DNA of 53,529 nt, the filler included, from Sluysia triapertura (Eukaryota), in the NCBI GenBank assembly GCA_046118255.1. It is 3 parts of 3 records of this genome, joined end to end, with 100 filler letters (N's around TTAATTAATTAA, not from the genome) between each part and the next. Parts side by side here need not be neighbours in the genome. Positions count along the whole stretch, not along the records: positions 37,288 to 53,529 come from JBJNIA010202152.1; 2 more parts are not named here. One strand, 5' to 3'. Below the pieces are notes generated by a model. That model ran no database searches and had not been told where the DNA came from. It was given only the letters and a program-made list of their open reading frames with translations. This document shows positions 39,901 to 52,327 of this stretch, in pieces (positions within the stretch are counted from its first letter, which is position 1; every line of letters starts with the position of its first letter). The translations under genes were made by a program, and so were the position numbers.

Positions 39901-39970
39901 CACAAAAATTAAAAGAGTAAATCATAAAAAATTTTTATAGTACTGATAAAAGTATAATACTTTTTTAATA

Positions 39971-41181
39971 ATGATAACAATTGCAGCTAAATTATCCGGA
40001 ATATTAGATTACATTTCCAAATTAAAATGGTCAAAGCCGGCTCAAGTTCAACAACATGCTATACCATTTTACTGAAACGTAAAGATGTTATTGGTTTATC
40101 TAAAACCGGCAGTGGAAAAATTGTTCCCTATGGTATTCCATTTATTTAACAATGTCTGATCAACGATCAACCATTAATGTATGTAATGATTTTGATTCCT
40201 ACAGTTGAATTAACAAAACAAAAGTATGTTCTATTAATAAGAATGAGTAAAGGATTAAATCTTAAAACAATGTGTTCAACTAGAGGTATAGATATGACCG
40301 ATCAATTAACGGAACTTACTATTTTACATGTCCACATTGTAATAGCAACTCCGTGTCAAATTTTAATGATGTTCCACAATCCCAATCAAATTAAGGAAAT
40401 TTTTTATTCTATACAACATTTGGCAATTGAGGAGGCAGATAAAATTATGCGTTATCAATTAGATGAAGAGATCGAAAGAGTTTTACGAATGTTACCACCA
40501 AAGTTAAGTTATAAAAGAAAGGAGAGAAATAAAAAGATGTTCAAACGAATACAAATTCATTCAGCAACATGTTGTGGCGAAGTTGAAAAGAAGTATGATG
40601 TTCAACTTGTTGATGTCACATTTAAAAAATAATTTTCCAAGACGTTTGAAACTTTATGTTTGGGCTGTGTCAAATGATACTGAAGATAAAGTTACTTTTA
40701 AAGTAATATGTGAAACATTAATGCATTATACTGATAAAACATATCTAATCAAAGTTTTAGTCTTTGTTAATGATGGTCCTGATACATGAATCCAGTATAA
40801 GTAAAATGAATGTTAAAACATTTCGGCAATATGCTCGGATCCGAGAATGCTTCGACAAAAACGTGAACTAAATAGGAATCCCTTCAAATCGAGTGATACG
40901 TATGTATGTTTACTGCTGATTTTTCCATTAGAGCGTTAGATGTCAAAGATATCCTTTTAGTCGCCAATCTCAACGTTCTAGGAAATGTGGATCCTTATCG
41001 TTATAGAGTTAGTAGAACTGCAAGAAATGTTAAAACAGTTTCTGTTCCTACCTTCGTATTTCGTGAAATAAATGATATAAAAGTAAATTTTATTAATCTC
41101 CTAATTGATTTGAAATTAACTTTATTTTTTGTTTATTCAGTAGAATCTATACTTTTGCCATGTGGTATATTCAGAAAATGA
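39971..41181 (+). pseudogene. Intronless degenerate DEAD-box RNA helicase
   Basis: Q motif (WSKPAQVQQHAIP), I SKTGSGK, Ia PTVEL, Ib ATPCQI, II EEAD, III SAT, IV LVFVN, V IRALDV, VI YRVSRTAR. Frameshifts and stops present. Confidence 0.9.
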
Positions 41182-42719
41182 TATATTTAAGATTTTTAAA
41201 TTTTAATTTAGTTATCATAAATAAATTTAATCTATTTTATGAGTCTTCATTGTGTTGTTATAATTTTAAAACTATTATTTTAATAAAACATTAAAATTTT
41301 ATACCTTAATAACGATTTTCGAAAACATAAGTAAATTTCATCAATAAATGACCATAAGTAATATAATTTTCTTAATATTTCTTAAAAAAGTAAACCAGAT
41401 TAAACCATCATAATAATTTTATACTGAAATTCATATTAGGTTAACTAGATAATGCTGAACACATTTTTACTATTAATATTTAAATATTAGTTTATCTTAG
41501 TCTGCGACTTATTATTCCACAACAAGTGAATACAAGTATCATTAGTACAAAGGCGATGATAATTTAAAATAATATTACTACAAATATTTTTTACTTGTAA
41601 ATCCAGGATAAATTAAAAACGTTTTGCAACCTCAATGTATTTTGGAATAAAATAAAAATAAATGAATTATTTAAATAAAATAAATTATTTGTTTCTTTTG
41701 GACAGTATTTTGGATCTTCTGTAGCGTGTTATGTGTTTTTTTATATTCTATTTTACATATTATATTTTCTCTATCTAAAAAGAAAAATAAATTAAAATTT
41801 TAAATTTATTGAGGTTCTCCGGTGAGTCCGAAATATATTCGTCATCAAGTGTAAAGACATTTAATGATTGGTATTTTCTTTTTCGGAATCAAATTGTCCG
41901 ATTTCAGCCGAATTTCGGATAGCTACATGATGCTCATTATAACGCTGTAGCTGATCCATTTTGATTCACTATAATAATTTTTTAAAATTAATAAAATGAT
42001 TTTCTAAATACACTAATTTATATACTAATTGTGTTCTTGAAATTATCAAATTATAAATAAAACTAAATCATGTTTAATTTTCTTTACCAATTTAGCGAAT
42101 TATGATATCAAGCACAACTTTGGCACTAACAAAAATACTGACACACTAAGGATTGTATTTCAAATAACACAAGATAGGAAAAATTTTTAGGTTCAATCAG
42201 GCATTGATTACTAAATTAATTGATTCGTCGATTTTGAATGTGACTGAAACTAATCCTCCCTCTTAAAAATTTATATTTAATTCATTAACAGCAAATACAA
42301 ATTAATACTCACTCTAATCCAATAAACCAAATTCAATATTAATACCCACCCTAATCCACAACAAGCAAAACGATATATACAAATTCAAATTATGCGTGCG
42401 AGTAAACCAGTTAAACCCATCCCTTTCCCGAAGGAATAAAGTTTAGCGCGGACATTTCTATCTACTTAACAGAAGATATTTAATTATTAGTATGAATTCA
42501 TCAAGAAAAGTAATACAAATAGAAAAAATAAGAAAAAATCAAACATCATTTATGATAATATTCTAAAAATATCTTTATTTAAAATTTGTACAACTGCTTG
42601 TATTGAAAAGAATGCTGTAATAAATAACTGAAATAATGATAAAAATAGAAATTTATACCAGAAACTAGACAGTTTTAATTGGTTGTAAAATAAAATTATG
42701 TATCTATGATCGGTAATGT

Positions 42720-42915
42720 ACTTAGAAAACTATTGATGAATGTGGATTTACTCAGATACTACATCCTCCTTATGGTCCAGATACCGTCTATTATTTAAAG
42801 AAATATTCGAAAAGATAGCGATTTCAAGTTAAAAAAGCAAAAAAGGGAAATGTTAAATTTTAGTTAGATGATGAAAGAAATGTATTAATAAAATAGGGTA
42901 GTATGTTGAAAAATA
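42720..42915 (+). mobile_element. Mariner transposase C-terminal remnant
   Basis: GFTQILHPPYGPD resembles HPPYSPDL. KCI...YVEK* terminus. Confidence 0.7.
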
Positions 42916-43599
42916 AATTATTTTCGATAACTAATTTATAATATGCTTCATTTATAGATTTTAATTACAGATCTTAGAATATTTGAATATGTTTGTAAAT
43001 TCGACATGATTGCACACTATAACGAATACCGAAATAATACATTTTCAAAAAATATTTCTTTATAATAAAAATGTGATTAATTATGATATAAGTGTAAAGC
43101 ATTCTAAATGACAATATATTGTTTTAATTTTATTTACATATTTTAATAAAAAACTGTTTTCTTAAATTACGTTTAATTCTAATTATATTGAATTTTTAAA
43201 TTACATAGAATTTTTCCATCTGTTTAAATTATTCTTTCATACAATCATAATAAATTATAAAAACTATTCATTATTATTTTCATTCTCTTCTTCTTCTTCT
43301 TCTTCTTCTGTTTTATGTAAACATTGAAAAGAAAATTAAATCAATCAAATTTTTTGTAGTAGTTTACATATTGATAATTATAAATAAGATATTCTCGATT
43401 AGTAATTAATTTTTTTCTGTCAATTTCAGACCTTTGATATTGGTTATCAATTTGTCGGATTACTCAAGTGCCAATCATTTGTCTTTAGGTATAGTGGAGA
43501 ATATTTGGAAATGTGTCGAAAGAAAGTATTTTCCCTTACTCACACGATTACAAAGCTCCTGTAAAATTACAGGTTTTTAGATTATTTCATTGTTATTTT

Positions 43600-43623
43600 T
43601 TATTATTATTATTACCATTATTA

Positions 43624-43684
<61 letters not shown>
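43600..43684. repeat. (TTA)n microsatellite
   Basis: Visible run; it causes the poly-Leu ORF 43513-43737. Confidence 0.95.
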
Positions 43685-43687
<3 letters not shown>

Positions 43688-44178
43688 ATTTATGTTACAT
43701 TATCATGTTAGTTCAGTATGAGATTATTGAAATGTAATAACTTGGAAAAGTGTGAGAATGTAATAATGAATTATTGGATGTGGATTAAAAGTGTTGCGTG
43801 AATGTTTGAAAGTGCATTATTGCTTGTGGAATTATAGTAAGAACAGATGCGTTACTGTGTTTCAAAATATGAAAAACTACGCAGTGGTGTGCAGGGTCGT
43901 ATCCCACGGAGGGGAAAGACCTCGGCCTGTTAATACAATTGTTAAAACAAAACATGCATATATTGAATAAATGATCATAGAGTTAATTCCATCATTGACA
44001 ATATAGAGAATATTTCTAATTTTTGTTACGATATCCGAGAATTATCTCTTGATACATCTTATAAGAAATCTCATTCAGAAACAAATTGTCACCAACTAAA
44101 TAACAATGTACTACCACAGTCAACGATTAACGATAGTAAAACTAACCAAAAACAATTAGTGCGAAAGTAAAACTAATT

Positions 44179-45616
44179 ATGTGTCATTGGTATAAAAATC
44201 AATTAAAAACGAATTTCGTGTTGAGTTTCGAATTACTGGTGCACCTAAATATATTATATACTTTCACGAATTTGTTTTTATCGAAACACAATCAAAAATA
44301 TTTTTTGTTTACTTTTCAACATCAAGTAACCAATTTTTATGTAATGTTTGTAAAAGCCAGGAACCTTTAGTCTTCCAAATGTCAGAATTTCTTAGCATTA
44401 AAATCTATGAACCTGTTGAATTTATAGATAAAAATGTTAGTGTATTGAATGATGGAACTTTGAAATGGTTCTATATATCATCCTCTATTTCTACTAACTA
44501 ATTTTAATAAGTGTATCGAAATACGCATGGCTTGACCATCAATACTCATGCAAACTTTAATTTTAGACAACAATTACAATTGTATGTGTCGTTATCGTGA
44601 TCGAATACATGTGTTGTTAGACAATAATCCAACTTGTGCTTTAGTTGATACTTCAAGATTACAGTTAGTTCAAGCTTATTCACAGAATGAGAAATTCGAG
44701 TTAGCTTTAATGTTAGCCAAAACAACATACTTAGTTGTTGAAGACAAGATTGTAACTTCTAAAATTAATTGTCACTATGTAAGAATGCTGTCCAATGACA
44801 GACAATTTGAAAATTCATAGAAATGACAACAGATCCATTTGATATTCTCAATCTTTACCGAGTATTATGTCTAGAGAAGTCAAATAAAGAATTAACTAGA
44901 TGTTGAATGAAGTTTTTGGTAAAGAAGAAAACACTCAAGCTACGTACGCATTGATGGATCTTTTTGTGGATAGGCGAAATGATTTTCGGAAACGATCAAA
45001 TATAAATAATAATTCGAAACCACCAAATCAACCACAGCAATCTTTCAGTATTAAAATGTTGCTGTCAAGTCAAGAACAGTTAATCAAATATCATCCATTA
45101 ATCGATTCTATACCTCGGCACAACCCTCGACGACTACTACTCGCTATCAAGAACACATGTCTTCTCAGAGGTAATCTTATTATAACGACTCCTTCAATGT
45201 CATTCTCTGAAGTAGTTCCAGATTACGTCGTCTGCGGACACGACTCTAAAGTAATTATAATTTTTGATCTCACTAATATCATTATTATTATTATTGCTGC
45301 TGAATTACATTCTTTTATTTTCTTTAGGATCTTTGAAAGGTCGAAATCGAAACATGCTCGACAAAACATTAATGAAGAAAAAATTTTAAATTCAAATATT
45401 AAATCTTTTGACAATTCTAATAAAATTTTTGTTAAGTCCTTTGGCTTCTCGATTCATTATAATATTGAATTAAGTCTAATTGGAAGCATCAAAGAATTTT
45501 TAAACTTTCAATGTTTAATAGCAGTAAAAATAAATAAAACGAATAAGTTAATGTATCACCACAGATATAATTTTAAATTAGTTAATAAATATCATTCCCT
45601 ATCACAACAAGAATAA
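44179..45616 (+). pseudogene. Decayed intronless ORF ending in a restriction-like (PD-(D/E)XK) nuclease-like domain
   Basis: Collinear ORF pieces. RHNPRRLLLAI...VPDYVV...IIIFDL resembles the RHN and PD..D motifs of RLE endonucleases. Confidence 0.45.
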
Positions 45617-45754
45617 TGAAAATTCATGATTTTATGGACCATTATACTCTCATTTATTTATAGATCATGTTCATGAGATAAGTTGAGGTGCACCGGGAAC
45701 AGCCTACTTTAGACAACTATTTTATTTATTTTATTACAAATTATATATTATTAC

Positions 45755-46175
45755 ATATCTCGTAATACATTGCGAGCAGTTTCAATTGCTTCGAAATTGC
45801 ATGTTAATGTTTCTGGAAGTTTATTCTTTATTCGCAATGCTTCTTTCCGAATATGTCTCCTCCAGCTAATATTGAACTTTCGAAAACTTTTGAAGAATCA
45901 AAAAATTATTTTCTGCTTTTTCGATAGCAAGTTGAACAGCGTCAATGTTTTCAGAGAACTTTGATATTGAATGTACTGAAATATTGTTTGGTATTGAAAT
46001 ACCCTAAATCAAGTACATAAAAATATGGACCGTTATGAGGCCGACAAATTGAGTCAATATTCAATCCAGTTTTTATAATACTATTGTTAAATAGCACCAG
46101 GAGTGTTTGCAGGATATCACTTCTCTCCTCGTCAATTAAATTTCTGTTCTTTACTCCAGATTGTTTGATTTCCAT
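45755..46175 (-). pseudogene. Decayed ORF of unknown function, convergent with the previous one
   Basis: 74-codon ORF that continues after a frameshift (...WRRHIRKEALRIKNKLPETL...). Confidence 0.3.
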
Positions 46176-47700
46176 GATTCAAAGTTATTTGGACTGAAAA
46201 GAAAATAGTTATTTTGGCACACAGCTAAAAATTACAAATTTCAGGAATTGCTCTAGTTATTTATAAAATTATTATAAACTGAACAATTACTTCCCAAAAA
46301 TTATTTTATTATTTTATGATTCTCCATTGTTCATAATCAAATGTCATCGTATTGTCATCTTATATATAATGTTAGGTTAGCAACAAATGTCAAATGAGAC
46401 AGTCATTTTTGAACAGAGGCTAGTATTACTTAACTTATCGGTGGTACTATCGACACTGTATTGATGAATAAAAATAAAAGATCAAGTTTACAATAACAAT
46501 TACCGTTTTTTAAATATTTTAGTTCTATCAGCCCTTGAATCCACTGCTAGATCATCTTTATCTGACATCTTTCAAAATGTAATCCACTAAAATATTGACC
46601 AATGACCTTTAATAATTTAAATAATTTGACTAATCATTGATGACTGCACATTTCAAAATGTCGTTGCATAAATCTATATCTTCTGAACTTTCGGTATTCA
46701 TAAAACTTTTGAAGCCAGAAATATCATCGCTGTTTGTCAATTATCATTTCGAAATAATTATTTATTACAACTTTTAAATAATAATAATAATAGTAATAAT
46801 GTAAATAGAATATTAATTAATGAATTTAAAAGTACTTTAATAATTTATTTGAATAATTTTGACTGTAAATGTCACAATCATTACAAAAACAAAATGCCAA
46901 CTTACACACACACACTCACGTATTCAAATATGAATTTAAAGTACAAATAAAAATATTTCATTGGCACAGTAAATTCATAATCATAAAACAAATTGTAGAG
47001 GTTTTGCATACTTCTGATTACATATTGAATATAATTTAAATATTGTAATTTATTAATAATGAAATGATTATCATTAATTATGAATTCCTGAAAATAATAA
47101 TTATATATCAAAAATAATAATAATACACTTAATGTGAGTCTCTTACGATGTCAGACTTACTTCAAGTCGTGGTGATATTCTAATTTTCTTCGAATGGAAC
47201 AGTATTGAAATGGAAATTGAAAAAACTTTTACAATGTATAAATCAGCATTCACCATTGTGTGTTTTTCTGTTATTTTTTGTCTTTAAATAGTCTTTTCAT
47301 TTTAAATTTAAAAAATAATTTGCAAATAAATTGTTGATAAATTAATTTACAAATATTATTATTAATTTTTCTGATTAAATGTTCTTCTGTACAAATCAGT
47401 AAAACAACATCGTGGCAGATGTGAAAAAACTTAAATTTCTTTGCTAAATAATACATTTATAATGTGCCAATCACAGATAATGGGAATTCTTGTTTTGTTA
47501 GCTTTCAGTGTTTACTTGCGGTCAATTAAAAGTATACAATTACAAATAAATAACAACATACACACAAACACAAACTACATAAAAGTACTACGAAATACGA
47601 TAATAATCATAATGAGACAAAAACAAATTTCTTAAGAAAAATAAAAATTTAATATTTTCTATTTAATGTAATTACAAAATAGACAAATTCTGGAAAAATA

Positions 47701-48301
47701 NNNNNNNNNNNNNNNNNNNNNNNNNNNNNNNNNNNNNNNNNNNNNNNNNNNNNNNNNNNNNNNNNNNNNNNNNNNNNNNNNNNNNNNNNNNNNNNNNNNN
47801 NNNNNNNNNNNNNNNNNNNNNNNNNNNNNNNNNNNNNNNNNNNNNNNNNNNNNNNNNNNNNNNNNNNNNNNNNNNNNNNNNNNNNNNNNNNNNNNNNNNN
47901 NNNNNNNNNNNNNNNNNNNNNNNNNNNNNNNNNNNNNNNNNNNNNNNNNNNNNNNNNNNNNNNNNNNNNNNNNNNNNNNNNNNNNNNNNNNNNNNNNNNN
48001 NNNNNNNNNNNNNNNNNNNNNNNNNNNNNNNNNNNNNNNNNNNNNNNNNNNNNNNNNNNNNNNNNNNNNNNNNNNNNNNNNNNNNNNNNNNNNNNNNNNN
48101 NNNNNNNNNNNNNNNNNNNNNNNNNNNNNNNNNNNNNNNNNNNNNNNNNNNNNNNNNNNNNNNNNNNNNNNNNNNNNNNNNNNNNNNNNNNNNNNNNNNN
48201 NNNNNNNNNNNNNNNNNNNNNNNNNNNNNNNNNNNNNNNNNNNNNNNNNNNNNNNNNNNNNNNNNNNNNNNNNNNNNNNNNNNNNNNNNNNNNNNNNNNN
48301 N
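47701..48301. other. Assembly gap (601 N)
   Basis: Run of N. Confidence 0.99.
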
Positions 48302-48682
48302 TATCCCACCATGAAACTAGATGCAGCAAATGAAGACGGCAAATTATTTTATATTTAATGTTTGATTAGTAAAATTGAATTAGAAAAAGAAAGTAATATT
48401 GTATGAAATAATTATTGGGTAAAAATAATTTAATATATTATATTAATTGGATATTTAGCCATAGTGAAATGATTCTGGAGACGGTCATAATAGTATTAGT
48501 AGTTCAATATTAAAATGTGATATTTCTTATCGATTAGGAGTCACAGTATTTTGAAATAATTCGATTTTGCAATATTGATAAAATAACTAAGTATAATCGT
48601 TAAATGTGATTTATTTATTTTAATAAAGCATCGTCAGAAGAATAAGTTGCTACATGCAATAAGCGTTTGTCAAAGTCTAGAT

Positions 48683-48936
48683 CAGTGTTCTTCAAAGTTA
48701 TAGTGAAGTATCCATAAGAAAATTAGTACTGACATCAAACATCACCGAAATAGAGAGCCGAGATTTGATGTTTTATGTCAGAATCTGCAAATTCGTTGTT
48801 ATTATTAAATATATTTTAATTTTTTGGTGTTAAAATGTTTTCTTATTAAAAAATATTTACTTTATTATTTTTATTTTAGTCCCTGGGGATGGCGAAAGAA
48901 TTTGGACCCGTAGCACAATATGTGTGAAGATCCCTG
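48683..48936. mobile_element. hAT (Charlie-like) MITE
   Basis: Imperfect TIRs CAGTGTTCTTCA / TGAAGATCCCTG. Flanks GTCTAGAT / TCCTGGAT resemble an 8-bp NTCTAGAN target. Confidence 0.55.
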
Positions 48937-49124
48937 TCCTGGATTATACCCGCAGTGACTGATTAATTAGTTGTTATTAATAATGATAATTAAATTGTTT
49001 ATTTTATACAAAACAACAATATTATATTAATAATGAATAGAACAATGTACAATAAACAAAATACAAAATAATATGCAATTTTTAAAAAATAACTGCATGT
49101 CTACTATAAGAAAATATTTACAAC

Positions 49125-49533
49125 TTATGCCAGAAGCTGCCATACTGTATTTCCTTCTTGCTTCACGTGTTGTGATCTTTTAGATTTATCCAGAGCCGAT
49201 CGATGATTTTTCAAAAAAGATTTAACGTACGAGTTAGGGTTAAATTTCTTCCGTTTAAGAGATCGTCATAAAATCCGAAGCGTGTTTAACAGTGACAGAA
49301 GATCTTTTCATTGTAACGATATTATCCATCGAACTATAAGCTCGTTCATCTTCAGAGCTGCTAACTGCGATTGTTTCCATAATGACAGTGGCTTTCGATT
49401 TGGAATTTCCACTAAATCTCTAAAATCATTTATTTTAATTTCTTTTTTCCAAATAAAATTCAAAGTTCTTATTCTCTTCTCTCCTTCTGTTCATGGACAC
49501 GTAACTTCTTCCCTATTCCACGTTTCAGGATAA
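49125..49533 (-). mobile_element. hAT transposase C-terminal dimerisation domain remnant
   Basis: TIAVSSSEDERAYSSMDNIVTMKRSSVTVKHASDFMTIS resembles T.PVSSA.CER.FS.MN.I.T..R..L. Confidence 0.8.
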
Positions 49534-51075
49534 CATATATTAAATATGTTTTTCATGAACAAGGGGCTTGTGCGTGCCCCTATAGCTCACTACTGATTAT
49601 TGTGCAATTTCTTGTAAAAATGGTATCATATTTAAAATAATAATAATAATATTATTATTATTAATACCTTTATGTTAGATCTAAATCCCATTAAGGTATC
49701 TATGCATTTTATTCTACTTCGGATAAAGGAGCGAGGAAGCCGGGTGACTGTCCGATCATTTTTCAGAAGGCATCGATTTTTTTATTAATAATGTCAAATA
49801 AAGGTCACATCGCTAATTATTTTAATATTGTAAACTGTTTACAAACTGATTTTCAAAAAAATTAATTTAATTAACTATGTTTTGAATTTTTGACAAATAG
49901 AATTATAAAAAATCTTTTATGTAACAGAAATAGCATAATTTACTTTTCAAAGTTGTCGCTCCTTCGTTGCTCAAACTTCAAATGCGCTCGATTTGTTATT
50001 CCATATGTTGTAGCGCTTGTAAAAAATAACTATTGTATTATTTTTTTAAATAAATAAATTTTTTACACAGATATTTATTGTGTAATTTCGATTTTTTTTG
50101 CCTTTTTTAAATATTTTTTTTAATTCGCAGAAAGTTTGTTTATTCTTGTATGAGAAAGCGCCAAATTTTGTTGTGCCCGGGTGCGCAAAACCCTAATAAT
50201 AATAATAATATAATGAATTACGTAGTCATTATGAAAAATATTGACTAAAATAAGTATGACTTAAATAATCTGCAACAGAATTCCTAATTGTAAATGTTGA
50301 ATAAAAAAATTATTGACAAACTGACATTATTTATTTTGAATTGTATTTTATTATTTAAATATTATTTGTAGACAAATTGACACTATTTTTATTATTTATT
50401 TTATATCATTTATCTTATTAATTAAATATTATCTTTTTTATAAAATAATATAAATATTACTTAAAGCCTGAAAAAGATTTAAAAGTTAAAATAAAATATT
50501 TAAAATATAAATTTTATTAAACATCAAATTAAAATATTTAACAATTTTAAACTAAATCAATTTTCATTATTTACAATATGGCGACATATAATTCTCTATA
50601 AATAAGTGGAATTTTATTTCAACAAAGAAGCAATCTACAAAATTTTCAATTTTCAATTCCACATTCCATCAAGGGTAAAGTTTTTACATATAACTTTTCT
50701 AAAATCCTAACTGTAGCTGGTAGGATACATTTAAAATATTATTTAAACTTTAATGATTTGTCCTAGACCGTAACTGGCTAGGTTAATTTTAATCCAAAAT
50801 CTCATATTTTTTCACACCTAAGAGCTCATCTTAATGTGGTAAAATCTCTGTTATTATTGTTTTATTTTTATCTGTAAATAAATATATTTTTGTGTAGATA
50901 ATATATTTTGATAAAAATATTTTTGATTTAAGATAGTTTGTTTACGATACATTAAAATACTATATGTTTATCAGATCGTAACTGGCTGCTTTAATATCTA
51001 AATTCTTGATCGATCTGTCAGACTGTAACGTTTTCGATTATTTTAAAGTTGTTAAAGCAACTGCATAGTAATAAC

Positions 51076-52327
51076 TGTAGTGGCCAACACTCATAATTCA
51101 AAATTAATCAAAATTTCACATGTAATATTCACAAATTAAATTTCTCTAAAATTCAAATTTTAAAATAATCACACCTTCTTTATTATTGAACTTCACCAAC
51201 ACTAACATCACAAACAACATTCGATATTTACAACACCTCATCAACTCATATATATCAACAATTCAACTCACATTTCAACCATCCATAGCATAACAAACTT
51301 CGACATTTAATCTCGAATAATTCACAACATTCATTCATAAGATATTTTAACAAACAAATTACAGTCACAATATAAAATACACAAATCACTAATATAATAA
51401 GTTTCTACAACGCCAACAACTACCTTAGAAACAGACCAGTTCCACCTAAAACCTTAAGCAACAACACCAACTTAAAGCGACTTCATATACACATAATCAT
51501 CATTAACTATTACTTGTAATAACATTATAACATACCAAGACTCGTTTTGTAATCTCCATCCAAAATTAAGATAACTTCAACCTTTCATTAAACATTTCAA
51601 ACCATTCTATCCAATGCACAAATTTTGTTTTCAAATCATAAATTATTCTAACACTCTTTATTTCATTTACAACCTAAACCACGACACCTTTCGAGAACAA
51701 ATTTAAGATAACTTTAAAAACTTCATTATCATACTGCGAAGCAACAACCACAAATGATACATTATGCACTTAGTTACGGTTGTCCCTTCGCAACATAACA
51801 TTCGTTCTTTCCGTTACTTCATTCATATGTAAAGAGAAAGTTAAAAACACAAAGAAAAATGTCGTGTTCGATTCTCTATAAAGAGATTTATGTTTTTTTT
51901 TACATTTTTGCATTCATTAGTAGAAATAATGACAATATTTTTATTGTTATTGTTATTATTATTACTGTTGTTATTATTCTTATCAATACCTGAAAATAAA
52001 ATTAAAATAAATAGAATTCAATTATCGTCGTTTAAACTGGTTGCTGCCATCACCAACGATGACAGTCTGTGTACATTTTCATTAGACTGTCAACGTTGAT
52101 GACGGTCAGTAATCAGTCATCAACATTTTAATAATTTCAATTCTGACTAACACACCACCCAATCAGATTGATCACTTTTTATCTTATTATTACTAATCTG
52201 ATTGGGTGGATTAAAAATAGACTCAATTAAATAACCTACTATTCACAATTAAAAGTGTACAGAACAAAATTAAAAAATTCCAGACAAAACAAAGAATTTC
52301 AAATTTTCTTTTACTTGAATATCGAAA
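51076..52327 (+). mobile_element. LTR-like leader (unit D)
   Basis: TGTAGTGGCCAACA start, C/A-skewed tract, TTA-rich tract, AACTGGTTGCTGCCATCA motif and a 15-bp perfect inverted repeat of CCAAT boxes. Confidence 0.65.

Noticed and set aside
43513-43737. Poly-Leu/Ile ORFs (also 24729-24959 and 51890-52099)
   Set aside because: They are translations of (TTA)n/(ATT)n microsatellites.
46300-47640. Spliced gene on the minus strand
   Set aside because: Isolated donor-like sites and short frames could not be joined into a coherent protein.
47649-48342. Two ORFs of about 226 aa
   Set aside because: Artefacts of the N gap.
52044-52062. AACTGGTTGCTGCCATC as a primer-binding site ending a 1-kb LTR
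   Set aside because: It is not preceded by a CA terminus inverted to the TG start, and I cannot match it to a tRNA 3' end. This remains an alternative to test, and would place the cargo just inside the element rather than in the LTR.
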